From NCBI GenBank assembly GCA_965202585.1, contig OZ241833.1:19034001-19098000 (forward strand): a stretch of DNA of 64,000 bases. Direction: 5' to 3'. The notes under the pieces are model-generated. The model did no database searches. It was not told where the DNA came from and saw only the letters and a program-made list of their open reading frames with translations. Source of the DNA: Thalia democratica (Eukaryota). Position 1 is the stretch's first letter, and every line of letters begins with the position of its first letter. The position numbers and the translations under genes were made by a program. Positions 39,406 to 53,700 of this stretch are shown in pieces.

Positions 39406-40244
39406 GATAATATTAACAACTAATTTACTTGTTTTAAAATTATTCATTACATATAAAATTTAAATTAGTTGACTAATTTTATTTTTTATTGCTGTAAATT
39501 GATAAAACTTACTCGTTTCTATAGATATAAAAAAATTAATTTATAAAAACTTTTCAAATACAAGTTACCATAGAAAAATTAATTATCAGGCCAAATGTTT
39601 TTATAAGTTATTATGTTTAAAATATTAAAACAATCACCATAAAAACTTATTGCAAATGTTTCTGTACTTGTTATGTAGTTTGTTTTCTTAAATTAAGAGT
39701 AAGTAAATTAGATGTTAAAAGTTTCTTGAGCATCATTACTAAGATGTTTTTTAGTCTTTAATTATGATTGAATAATTTCTTTTATAGTAACTTTTTCAAA
39801 GTATATAAAAGTAATTGTTTTGTTTTATTATTATCGTTCAGGTAGACAAAATATAGATGCTTAAATTTAACCTATATCATGTGATCTATGTTTTTTTTTA
39901 ATGGCGTATAAAAAAGTAAGCCTATATACAGTTTAAGTACCTAATAATAACATAATTTAAGAAAATTTTATGTTGGCATACAAAACAAAAACTTGTAGAA
40001 GTATGAAGAAATAAACGAAGTAATTTAATTAAAGTAAACGCTTATGATTTTATTGTGTGTAATTTTTATTATCTTTATTTTATTGAATGGATTAGTTTTT
40101 TCTCGTTGCTCCTTTTTAAATACTTTTTGATAAAACCAAAGCAAAAAGAATGGTTTAATGCTACTAAAGGTAACATAAAAAACCTTAAAGAAAAAGCTTA
40201 ATTCTAGATTGAATAAGCTATAGCTTAAGAAATGTTTTTATATT

Positions 40245-40330
40245 TTTTATACGCACTAGCTTTAGATGTATTTTGAGATCTTTTAAAAACTATTTTTGGA
40301 TGGTTCCTGATAAGTTACAAAAGACTGACG
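40245..40330 (-). repeat. Right arm of the inverted repeat pair (partner 37201-37284)
   Basis: Ends GACTGACG|TA, the reverse complement of the left arm start. Confidence 0.75.
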
Positions 40331-41590
40331 TATTAATGAAGGTAAACACATAGTTTAGGATTAAATTGCACTACCAAAGGGCTTAGCGTTGATAGATATA
40401 CTTAAAAATATCAGGTAATAGATTTCTGAGGTCTTTAATATTTTATTACGTAAAAAAACACTTACATATTGCTTCCTTCCAATTTGTAATAAACACTTAT
40501 CAGAAATTATAAATTATTAGAACTTTTATCTTTTGATAAACCTGCTTATAGTTTTTTAAAAAACTTTTACACGTTTAAAAATCACGTTTTTTATTTATTT
40601 CTTAAATTAAATGATAGTATGTTACTTATATTTAGTATTTGAAAATATGCTATGACAAACATTTAATTTTGTTTTAGTTTATTGAAATTATTAATGTTGT
40701 ACAGTTTTTTAACAATATACAATATTTAGAGTGTTTGTAATAAAAAAAAAACGGTTTGAGCTAGCAATAAAAATAAAGTGGCAGGTTAATGCAAAAAAAA
40801 AAACTAAAAAACACTTTCGTGTTGTTGTCAAACTTATTTGAAGAAACCATAAACTTCAAAGGCCAATAATAAAAGAAATAAAAAACATAGTTAAAAAATT
40901 TACTAGAACATGTTAAATAAACAACATAATGAGTTTTGGCGGGATAAAAACAACTGTATAAAACTCGTGCATATTAAAAGTTTACAAGAAGAGTTCTCAT
41001 ATGCTGCAATTGCCTCCAACTCTTACTTGCAATTTAGGTAGAAATAGTTTAGCGATAAAATTTTATTTTCAACTTCTCCCACCTAAATTGATATAGCGTT
41101 GTTAATAATTGTCTAATAAATTTATTTTATTTTTATTTTTAAGATAGTTTTTATGAAGCAAAACAAATTATATAGATTTTTTTGATACATTAGAAAGCTA
41201 CTTAAAATCATAAAGTTTAGTAAACTATATATTAAACCCTTATTTAAAGTAAATATCATCAAATAGTTGTGCTTTCTTTATATTGAATCTTTATAAAGGG
41301 GTTTACCATCATATTGGAATCATTAGGAAAAACTATCAAAAATGTTGACAAATTTTATAAACAAATAACTTTGTATGTAAACACTGAAATTCAGAAAGTA
41401 GTTTTTTTTAATAAATCATACCTTGCAAATTGATTTTACTTTCTTATGATTTATACATTATAGCAATTGTAATAAATGCACTTTGAAAATTTTAACTTCA
41501 ACAAAATTAAAAAAAAGTAAGTATCATAGTACTTCATACTTTTAACTTTTTTAAAGTTTAATTAGTCTAATTAAGCAATAAAAAATAACC

Positions 41591-41712
41591 TTAAGCCAAA
41601 TTCATTTTCCTTTGTCTCCTTTTTCTAATAAGACATACTGTGACACATATAAGAGCGATAAGTAGAACTCCTCCGATGACTCCGACAACTATCAAGATCG
41701 TCCTCAATCGTG
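41591..41712 (-). CDS. Transmembrane helix and short basic cytoplasmic tail (last coding exon)
   Basis: [24 protein letters not shown] followed by [11 protein letters not shown]; TAA at 41591-41593. Confidence 0.85.
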
Positions 41713-44700
41713 CTGTGTTATAAAAAATGTTTTAGTGTTTTGTTTTGTCTTTAGTGAAAAATTCAGACTAATTTACGATAAAATTTATTTAAAAGTATAC
41801 CCGTTTTTAGTCGATCATTAAATATAAATTCTAGATATTCAAAAAACTCACAAAAATCTTCACACTGCGGACCATCATACATAAGTGTGCATCTAAAAAT
41901 TTTTAGTAAATTTAAAAAGTGTTTAAGTACTTTAGTAGAAAAATTTCAAATTAAGTGCTTACTTAAAATATGCACTCAATAGTATTAAACATTTTAGCTC
42001 TCTGAAAACAGATTATTTATGTACTTTTTTATAGTATTAAGGCTACATCTAAGTATTTTTCATTTAAAACTCTTACGTTTTGTAAATGGAAAACCTGACC
42101 AAACATTTTTTTTTACTTTTAATCTTACACAGAAAAATTCCTTAGTACGAGAGAATTTATAAACTAAGGAAGCCACCAAAAATAAAGTTTTCATAAACTC
42201 ACGTGCAAACAGGGTTTCCAGTTGTATTAGTAGGAGTGCAAGTTGCTCCATTCAGACAATAATCATTACTGCATTGGTCTGTAATTTTGTTTCATATTTA
42301 ATAAAAATTGTCTTAAACTAAAAAAATCTTAAATGTTGTTAAAACTACCTATACAAGTTTCATTCTCTTGAACAGTTGTACCGGGCGGACATTGGCAGGT
42401 GTAACTACCAATCGTGTCGAAGCAGTTCTGGCCAGATAGACATGGATTATCTAAGCATTCATTTACGTTTACACACTCGCTTGTACCAAATAAGTCATAT
42501 CCAGCGTTACACGAACATTCGAAACCTTTATTCGAAATATTTGATAAAGTATTAGTAGTACTTTGTTATAGTTATTTTTTTAGGTTATTTAAAAGTCTAA
42601 AACAAATTATACTTGATGACAAAAAGTAAAATTATTAGAACTAGAAACCAACATAATTAAAATTACTCATTTAAGCAAGACGACTATAACTAAACTAAAG
42701 GTATTCTTGAAAAGATAATACATAAGTAGCAGTTAACTAAAAAAAAAACGTTCTCAGAACATCACTAACAAATGATGTAGCTAAGATTATGAAGATGAAC
42801 ATTTTATACTTATTGATAAGAGTTGTCCTGAAATGCAGGATTTTTTTATTAGTAATAATGAAATACTTGAATCTGTAAATCATTTAAAAGATAAAATACT
42901 CAGAACAGCAGAAAATATACCTTCGTATTTTTTGAAACGAATTATCAGCTTTCTCATTTTCCCAATCTCGTTAATTTTTAATTGCTCTTTAGCAATATCT
43001 TTTATACCAAGGCAATGAAAAATATCTTATATTATACCAATATTCAAAAAAGGAAACAAAAATAATCCATTAAACTATAGACCAATTTCACTAACTAGTA
43101 GCTTTTGCAGATCTTTTGAACATATAATTTCATTAAAAAATACTTAATCATCTTTTCTTAAATAATCTTATTTCTCCGAAACAATTTGGTTTTCTTCCTA
43201 AACGAACTTCATGTATTCAATTATTGGATTGCCTTCATTCATGGTTAGTATCTTTTTTTACCAATAAATCTATCAATGTAATTTATACAGACATTTAGAA
43301 AGCGTTTGACTCTGTCTCTCATTTTAAGTTAATTAAAACTTTATCTCAATACAAAATTAATAGAAATCTAGTTGAATGGTTCAAAGAATTTCTTCAGGAA
43401 AGAACACAAAGAGTAGTTATCGGTAACACGTTTTCAGAATCCTTACCAATTTTTAGTGGAGTTCCGCAAGGAGGGGTTATAGGTCCACTGTTATTTATAA
43501 TTTATATAAATGATATAGCCTTAGAGGTTGACTCTAATAGCAACATTAAGCTTTTTGCAGACGACACAAAAATATTTAGCCAATCTAACTTAGTTTTACA
43601 AAAATCTTTAGATAAAATCTACTATTGGTTAAAAGAAAGGAGATTAAACCTAAATCCCAGCAAATGTCATGTTTTGAATATTCGCAAAAGTACACCTATT
43701 CCAGCGTTTGATTTTAAAATAAACAATGCAATCTTACCTAAAACTGAGGTATTTAAAGACCTTGGAATTTTTATTTCAGATAATTTGAAATGGAACCATC
43801 ATATTAACTTTATTTACCGTAATGCATCAATTTTATCTTTTCAAGTTCTAAAAAGCTTTATATCTACGGATTTGGTAATTCTCAAGAAACTGTACCTAGT
43901 TTACATCCGTCCTAAGATGGAATACAACACACCTTTATGGTCTCCATATTCTATAAAAGACATCAACCAACTAGAATCTATTCAAAAAAAATTTAAGAGA
44001 TTAATCTTTAATCGGTGCAACATTTCATATACGTCTTACATAGACAGACTAACAAAGCTTAATATAAAAACTTTAGAGTACAGAAGACTTGAATTTGATC
44101 TAATTACTTTTTTTAAACTGATTAACAATGAAACTACTATTGATTCTCAAACTTTCTTTAAACCTTATGAAAATAATTACTCACTCAGAGGTAATAATAG
44201 AAAATATACATGCAAATATCATTTCAACTATGTTGGTTGGCACAAATCTTTTTTCTATCGTTCGGTAAAAATGTGGAACAAACTTCCAAATGAACTAGTA
44301 TCGTGCAAAAATCTTAAACATTTTCGACCAAACTTAAAAAGATTTGATTTAAATAAAATATTTACCAGTAAAATTTATAAGTGATTAGTTTTGTTCATCT
44401 CTTTATCCATTGATTTGGTGTGTGGTATGTAGTTTATTGGTAGTTTAATCTGTAAGTTACACCTTTCACTTATAGATTTTAGGTACTTTTCAACTTTGAT
44501 TTTTTGGAAGGGCTGTTGTTAATGTGCTTTGGGCTTTAGATTTTGAAATAATTGAATATTCAGTTGATTCCTAAGCTAGATTTGTGAACTGTTGCTGCCA
44601 AATTTTTGAAGTGATTTTTGACTGAATTTGCCGTCATAACGAGTGGCAAATAGTAGCTGAGATGAATGTTCTGCAAGATGAAGACAGCTTCTGAAGATTT

Positions 44701-47700
44701 GACAGAAATGCTTGTTACAGGAATTTGTTGCTTTGGAACGTATAATTGGAGATTGGTGACTTTGGAATTGTTGAATATTTGGTTGTGAAAGTTTTAATTT
44801 ATTCAGTTTCTGCCTTGTATAAGTTTTATGTTTATGTTTATTTAATCACTGTAATTTGTTTTTTCTTTTTATGTTAGTGTCTTTCAGTTTAAGTGGCTTA
44901 GGTTTTAATGCCTAGGTCCTTCGTTGGACAATAAACTTAATAATAATAATAATTTAATAAATAAAAGGAATATTTAAAGACAAAAAGTTAATTATTACCC
45001 AATAACTTAAAAGTTAAAATTTTCAAAGTGAAAAATATAAAGCAAGTGTTTAAACCTCCGACAGTGTTGGTGCATATCTGATCGCATGGGGAAGGATCAG
45101 CTGCACATTCATCCACATCAGTACACTCACTTCCTGAATACCCATCATTACACGGGCAATCGTAAGTGGTGTCTGAAGTCGCATTGCAAACTGATTGATC
45201 GGGGCATGCTGCCGTCATACATGGTTCATCCACTAATATGAGTTAAAAGTCAGTTTCATAAATGTAACATGATTTCAAACATTTAAACTTTACATATTTT
45301 GGATAACTTTCTAAAGTTAAAACTAAATAAATACATATGTATACATAGTTTATTTTGAAAAACCTTTATTACTAAAGTTAAAGTAGAAATAAAAACTTAA
45401 ATACTTACCAATAACTGTATCCCTGAAATATCCTGGTTCACCTTGAGTATCATTGAAGTTTCTTAAGAGTTCTTCTGCACCTACTGGTGAGCTTGGGTCT
45501 GACAGTGCTTGAATACTGTGAATGTTTAATAACAACTATTAGACATAAAATTTTGTGAGTTTTTGGTTTGTAAAAGTTTATATACGTGAACATAGTTTGT
45601 AGAAATGCACTGTATTTTTTGGCTTTGTAAAATGTTTTCAAATAATTCTTAATTAAAAAACAACAGTTTATATCTAATAGTTATTTATTTAAACCTTACC
45701 ATATTTTACGTTATATACATTTATTCAAAATACGCTTAGTAAGTATAAATTTAGATACGCTGTCGGCGGCCTTCTACAAGTAATAGACCGAGTTAAGAGA
45801 CTCGGTTATTTGCTTGGTTATTTGCGAACGTCATACTTTTGTAATTTGTATAACAAATTAAATTAAAAAAAAAAACAACCAATCAGTTTTAGCTTTTTAA
45901 CAATGAGATTTTATACAATTCATTTACTCAAAAATTTTTTTGCTGTCATATTTACTAGTTTCAAACTTAAAAGAACTAACTAGGTGTTTTTTTTAAACAA
46001 ACGTCTATTGCGAAACTAAATAATAAGTTGTGGACCTTACTTTTCCAACCCTTGCTTTGATCAAGTTATTATCATTTTAAAACAAAAGTTAAATGAGCCC
46101 GACTTGGTGCTATCTAAAAAGAATTGCTTTTATAAATATCCTTTTTTAGTATATCAAAATTTACCTATAAAAAGTATAAAACTAATCTTTAATATAGCAA
46201 AAACAACTTACTTAACAAGAACTGATCCTTGCTGGAAAGACACGATGACAAATGTAACTGGCAAACCTGCATACTTCATTGCAAGCTGGGCGAGAACTTG
46301 AGCTTTCAAGTTAATATACGCCTCTGATGAAGCATTAAGAAGGTCTTCATTGAACTCAATACCATCGTTCAGTGTTAACTGGAGGTCAAACGCGGCTGTT
46401 GTTACGAAAAAACTTAATAGTAAAAGTTTTTGTTTTCCTTAAAATAGACCATATTTTATAAACTTTTATAGCATTTGGTTTCCACTAGAACTAGTGGATT
46501 GATGTAGAACCTACGGCTAATTTAGATGCTAAATGAAATAAATTAAAAACTTAAATAGTTTTCCTTGAGTCAAAAATTTAAACAAAAAGTCGTTCTAAAA
46601 CTCTCGATGATACAGTAATAAAAATAATATAGTTGACATTTTGTTAAAATAGTTTCAAAATATCTAGTTAGCTTTCCTATAAGTTTCGTTATAAGTTTAA
46701 ATCAAACCCTAAAAACTTACAGCTACAAGTGAGCCCGTCACCAACAAGGCCGTCCTCACAGGTACAAGTGAACTCTTCCGTTGAAACGTCAGTGCACGCG
46801 GCTCTGCTGTCGCAAGGGCTCGAAGAACACAGTGGAATGAACTCGCATTCTTCTGTTGGGGGATTTCCGATGTAGCCTGGAGCGCATGCGCACTGTGCAC
46901 TTTGGACCAACACTCCCAAGTTGGTACATTGCGCGTTTGCACCGCATGGGTTAGCTCCGCAAGGGTTCTCTGGTGGTACTAGTACAAAATTTAAGTATTA
47001 GTTAGTGGTGAAAAAAGTTAAGTTTTTAACTACAAAAAAAATTAAGTATTTTACTAACTGCTTTGCGGGTTTGTATAACAGATTCCTGAAGCTGATCCAT
47101 CGAATAATGAAATTAAATCAGTAGTAAATTCAGATGTTGAAACCAGTGTAACTCTGTTAAAAAAAGAAAAAAATGGACGGTGTTTTTAGAAAAATGTTAT
47201 ATCTATTTTTTTGTTTAATATGAATGTATATTACAAGTCTAACGACTCCATAAACTTACACAGCAAACTCATTATCGCCGTCAAATCCTTCAAACGTCTG
47301 CACAGTTGCTGCTCCTCCAAAGTTTGCGTTTATCTCTGCAACTACAGACTCCTGTGTTGGATCAATCAAAGAACAACCGCTTGCAAGTGTCAAGTAAACC
47401 TTCTGCGTCGCTGTAATTTGTAATTTTAAAAAAACTACAGTAACGTATAATTGAAAAGTATACCAATTAAGATAAACCATTTATAACTTTGTTTTTACAT
47501 GTTTATAATAAATGTAATAATAAAACTCTTAACTATAAATATTCTTAAAAAAAAAAACTAATGAAAATATTTATTAAAATTAATAAAACTAGCAAAAGTT
47601 AAATTTGTTAAAAATAATAAAAAGTTAAAACTATTTCAATGAAGTATTTTTGCATGATAAAAATAAGTTTTTAATTCTTATGGTGCAAATGTTAATAACT

Positions 47701-50700
47701 TCATATTGTTTTAAAAATTCAATTTGATCAAAAACTATCATAAGTTAAACAACGTACCGAAACAGCTGCTACCGTCACCAACAAAACCGCCTTTGCAGGC
47801 GCAAGTGAACGATCCCGGGCTGTTCTCACAGTTTGCGTTGACACTGCACAAGTCGGTACCACACTCGTCAATATCCACACATGACACCAGTGGGTTTCCT
47901 TGGTAACCACTTGGGCACGAACATACAAAGCTATTAAAACAAGTTACAACCATTTATTATTGTTGTAAAATATATTACTGCATTGTTTCTAAGGAAAGAT
48001 CTAAAAAGTATTTAATGCAAATACAAACAATTAATATTCAGCTATAAAGTTTTGTTTCAATAAAAACCACAAATAGTTTAAAATAAAAACAAAACAGAAA
48101 TTTAAAACCATAATAGAAATATTCTATGCTTTTGTACTCAGAAATTGAAATATATTAATGCGTATGTTAGTGTATTAAGAATATAATTTTTTAATTAAAG
48201 AAAGTTGCTGGTTAAAATACAAATTATTTTTTTCATATGACTTTATAAAAAATACCTTCCGTCAGTGTTGGCGCACTCGGCCGAGGTTCCGCATGGTGAC
48301 GCATCGCATTCGTTGACGTCCGTACACTCGACACCGTTTCCTTGGTAACCAGTGTTGCAAGCGCAAGTGAATCCTCCAATTACGTTCGAGCACGCAGCGT
48401 TGCTATCGCAGTTGTTAAGAGTGGGCGAACTGCATTCGTCGACGTCAATACATGAAACTCCGTCACCGCTGTGTTTAGTACGTATATTGACAAATCATTC
48501 GGTAGTTAAATTATTTAAAGTTTTCTAAGCTGATTATTGTTTAGTAATTTGACTGAGACAACACTAAATCCGATATAGTAACAACTTCAACGTAAAACAA
48601 ACCAACACAGAAAGTGGTTTACAATATAACTATTAGCTCAACAAAACTGTTGCTTCATATGTACCTGAAGCCCGCCTTGCATGTGCACGAGAATCCTGGA
48701 GCGAGGTCCTGGCAATCTGCGTTGTTGTCGCAGTTGTTCAGCGCCGGGTCCAGGCACTCGTCGATGTTCGTGCAGGTCAGCCCGTCGCCTTCGAAGCCGT
48801 CCAGGCAGGCGCACGTGTAGCTTCCCTCGGTGTCGGTGCAAGCGGCGTTGTTGTCGCAATCGTTGAGCGATGAGGAAGAACATTCGTCTACGCTCACGCA
48901 GACCTTTGATGGTAGTTAATAGTAAAAAAAATCTACTGAAAATTAGTAAGCAAATTTTTTTTTGTCAAAAAATATCTCTTTTTTAAGCTTTAGTATTTAC
49001 ATACTGTTTTAATTGAATTGGAAAATACTAACATTGTCGAGTTTATTATAGCCACTTATGCATCTGCACAAGAAACTGCCTTCGGTGTCAATGCAACCAG
49101 AATTTTCTCCGCACGGCGACGCTAGACACTCGTTTACGTTCAAGCAAGAAGTTCCTGTTTTGGTATTATATTTTTAAAAATGTAATTTAATAATCAATTT
49201 CAAATAGTATTTCATGGAAATTTCTTTCGATAAAAGGTTAAATTGAAAAGGCTATAATATAGCTCATAAACAATCTGTCAAGTGAAATACAAACCGAACT
49301 ACCATTTACAAATCAATTTATTAGACATTTTCAATACAATAAAATAAACAGATGTTAAAAACGGTTTGGTTCTGTCACTTGACAGATTGTTTATGAGCTA
49401 TATTATAGCCTTTTTGATTTGATATTTAAAACTGTACAACTGTCTGAAATAGTAGTGAATTGGCTTTTGTTCTGACCCCGGATACGGCTTACTTGATTTC
49501 CTAACTAAAGGTTAAATTGAGTAATTTATATGTCATGCTATTTGCTTTAAATTCTGCTTTACAAAACAAAAAAAACTTTTTTCACAAAACTTAAGTTTCA
49601 CGATTAAAATATTGATCAACTGAAAGAACGAAAGCAAACTTGAAAGTTTTAGTTTAACAACAAAACAACAAACCATCATAAACAAATCCGGCTGTACAAG
49701 TACATTCAAATCCAACCAACAAGTCAGTACAAGCAGCTGTGGTCGGACATGGCGTTGTGAGACATTGGTTCAGGTCTGTTAAATTTATTAGTTATCAGTT
49801 TTTGGTTATAATACGTGCATAATAGCTTAGTTTCTGAACTATTTCTGGTTTGTTTTGAAAATTCAGAGGTTTTTATTGTATTTTGATCAATCATTTTTTA
49901 AAACTGAAAATTTTGATACATTGTCATATACGGTTTAGAATAGTACTTTTCTAAACGTGTAGATGATGAATGGTGATATCATTATAGTTAAAGTGTGAAG
50001 TGTTTAAACTATAAAAAAACTAAATAAAAGTTGTAAAGCTTGTACTTTTCAAAAAAATATTTTGATAAGACAATTTTTCTAAACTACCTATTAAAGGTTT
50101 TTTTTGTTCAAGTATTTACATACTAGTTTTACATTAATAGCTTAATAACGATAATAATTCCTTGTGCTTACTGGCAGTAGGTGATCCAACAAACAATTCT
50201 CTGTTAAAGTCAGAACTGTTCTTGAATTCATTGACAAACAGCTCTGAACTTGCAATAACACGATCAGAAAACACTTGATGCCTATTTGTTTTTGTTTAAT
50301 TTTTAACTTTGCTTAATTACGTAGTAAAACTTATAAGATATCATGATATTTGTATAAAAAAACATATTACTTTAGTTAGAAATCAAACACAACCTCTTTA
50401 TAACCAAAATTAAAAAATAGGTTTAATTTTATAAAAAAATTACTTATATAATTTTAAATTAGTTCGTATAATATCTAACTTTGTATCTTACATATAAAAA
50501 TTACTATCGACTATTGTTTGGTTTATTCAGACAGGTTTTTGATTAATTTTGAAAATAATTTTCATAAGTAAACTTTGTTTCTTTAGCAAAAGCATCTATC
50601 AAAAAACGACATTCAAAAAAACTAGTATTCACCATGCAACTGTGTTATCGCCATCTTGCCAAAACTCTACGATTTGTACGTTAGAGAAACCATTGGCAGC

Positions 50701-53700
50701 AGAGTAAGCGTTGGAAAGCTCTTCTACTACCTGAGATTGCAAGGCAGCATATTCAGGCGAGCTTGTATTTCTGTATGCAGAAATGTAGCTTCCAATCTCC
50801 GAAGCACTGACAGTAACCTCAAGTGTGAAGCTCTTTACCGGACCTTTAATTTTTTTTAATTTAATTGCTTATTGTGCAATGTTTTAAATATCAAAACGTT
50901 TGATTATTTCTAAATTAAATGAAAAGTTATTTTCATCTTTTAATAAAAAGTTTTGTTAAAATTTTACGATGACTTATATAACAAAAATTTATAATAAATG
51001 CATATAATCTTTTTATATCTACACTTTGAAGAAGGTTGTAAGTAATAGATGATAAAATAATATTATTATAATATCATTATAGTTGTGTAACCTGTTTCTA
51101 CGACAAGTTCAGTCGGCTCGCTTACTCTTCCATCAGCGTTAACAGCTTGGGTCGAAAATGTGTAAACAGTGTTTAACCTGAATAGTAGTAGTCAGTTTAT
51201 TTATAAAAACTAGAAAAAAATTGTGCATAGATAATTCTTTTATTATTGTTTGAGTTGTAACTAGTTTTCTTATGTAATTTACAAAAAAAAATACAAGGTG
51301 ATACTTGCCATACTAGTGCGGTAATAAACAAAAAATAAACAAACCACTGTATGTAAACTTTATAACCCAACTAACCTAGCATTAGTGAAAATTATAGTGC
51401 TGGTTGTTTCCAAAGTTTGCGAGAAATCAACAACTCCCCCTTCAACTCCTTCGACGGTAATTGGGAGGGCTCCCATTGGCAGGACAACTGCGATTGTGAT
51501 TCCGCTGTCAACGGAAGATGACATCAGAGTCAGTTGCACAGGGTCCGTTACTGTTGTAATTTAGAAAAGGGGTTATAAGCATCATAAAACTGTTTTTAAG
51601 CTAAGTTGATAAAAATAACTGATGAAAATAGATTAAAGCTTGACTTAGTTTTTTATTTTTTATAATTAAGAAATATAAGTTAACTGAAAAATGAACTTAA
51701 TATAATAAAAAAAAACAACTTATTAATAGCTTTTACTAAGATAAGAATAAAAAAGATAAGTTATACAAAGAAAGTAAAAAAGTACTTATTATTGTAAGTA
51801 AAAGCTTCACCTAATACATTTTTAATTATGAGCAGAAACACTATTAAAAGTTTGTTACTTTGTCGGATAATGTATTTAATTAAAAAAACAACCCATGGTT
51901 TATACTACTAATGCAAAAAACCATAATAAGCTTAATAAATAAACTATACTAACCAGTGTGAACGGTTTCTGCCAAACCAAATTCGCTGGCTCCGGCATTG
52001 TAAATAGCCTTAGCTGAAACAACGTATTCTGTACCCGAAGATAGGCTCGACAGTACAACACTGGCGTCTTCTTGCGCCAATTCATCTCCGTTCACATTTA
52101 CTACATAAGACACAGCACCAGAGACCTCACTGATTGTTACCGATATTTCGTTTGTGCTAACAGAAGTCACAGAAACAGATGGTCCTCCGACAATTACTAT
52201 TTGAATGAAATTTAATTATTACTTAAACGTCATTTACGTTGTAGTTTTAGGTAAGTTTTAATTTCTGACAACCATAAAAAAAATTAAAACTTAATTTTAC
52301 TTATACAGTATACAGAAATCGTTTTAATATAAAACTTTTAAAGTATGTTTAAAATAATTTAAATAACTAACACACAATAATTTCTAACTAAAAAGATAAA
52401 ACTTGAAAAATACTAATTGAAATTAAAAAAAAAAAACTAAATCTTGCAAAAAGTATAAAAGATAACCTGTGTAGACACTAGTTGAAGTTCTACCGCTGTC
52501 TCCAGCTTCGTTACTTGCAGAAACTTTAAAAGTGTACAGAGTGCTTGGCTCGAGACCCTCGGCTCTGAACTCGTTAGTGTCTGCATCAACTCTTACTTCA
52601 ATTGCTTCTGCGCCAGAGGACTCGTCAGTGCCTGCATCAACTACGGAGGCGCTGTACCTTACAGAGTATTCGGATGCACCTTTGACTGATGCCCACTGAA
52701 TGCCGACCGAGCTGGCAGTTTGCAAAGAAACACTGACAAATGAAGGTGCCGAAGGAACTGTGTATAAATATAAAACTAAGGTTATTTATCAAAGTTTATG
52801 GATATTTTTATAATAAAGTAAGACATGCATGTTCAAGCCATGTATGAGTTTACTTGCAAATAGTTACTTTTAAAGTTTTGTCAATTTTAACATTTAGATG
52901 ATATAAAAAATACTAAAAAAAATACAACTCCAGCTTACCGGTCGTCAAATTAGCAAGTCCGGCCACTGACGGTATGCCGACCACCGTCGAAACAACTTCG
53001 ACTTGGTACGCGGTTCCTGGTTGGAGAGAAGTGACTCGAACGCTGTTGCCGTCCACGAAAGGCACGACGCCGTTCGCAACAACCACGTCCTCTTCTGCCG
53101 TCACGTCGTTCACCTCGTAAATGTTGAGATCGATGTTAGGCAGCGAGTCCCACGACAAAAAGAAGGAGGTCGAAGTTATCTCAGTGACGGAAACAACAGG
53201 CGGCGTTGGTCCTAAACGTGCAATAAAAGTTTAAGTTGTTGTGTGGTAGTGAAAAAATAGTTTTTGATGTATCTAATATCTAAGTAGGTTAAGTAGCTTT
53301 AGGCCTTAACGAACAAAATTTTAGCAGTATTTAGCTTAAATAAGTATTCGCTGGTTTAATCAAATAAGAATAAAACTTTTTTTTGCAATTTAAGTCACAA
53401 AAAAAAAACAAACTCGTTCTGATTTCGATCTGCCCGCTTTCGAAACTGTTTCCTGAAAGACCAACAGCAGTCACGCTGAACAAGTACGCGATGCCTGGTC
53501 TGAGTGACGTCACAGTGGTTTCCAGGGATGTGGTGCTCACATCTCTTGATACTGAATCATTTAGTGATCTGTAAATTTTATAAATCAGTTGTAAGCCATT
53601 TTAATAAACAAAAACATCATGTTGATACAAGAAATGCCATTGAAACTGTTTATTTAAAAAAGTTTTTAAATAGCCCATCAAACAATTTATCAGCTACCTT

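Noticed and set aside
40201-40217. ATTCTAGATTGAATAAG, resembling the ascidian spliced leader
   Set aside because: Imperfect match not followed by a GT donor or Sm site; expected by chance in AT-rich DNA.
45787-45806. Small hairpin ACCGAGT-loop-ACTCGGT in an intron
   Set aside because: A 7-bp stem is too short to distinguish from chance.
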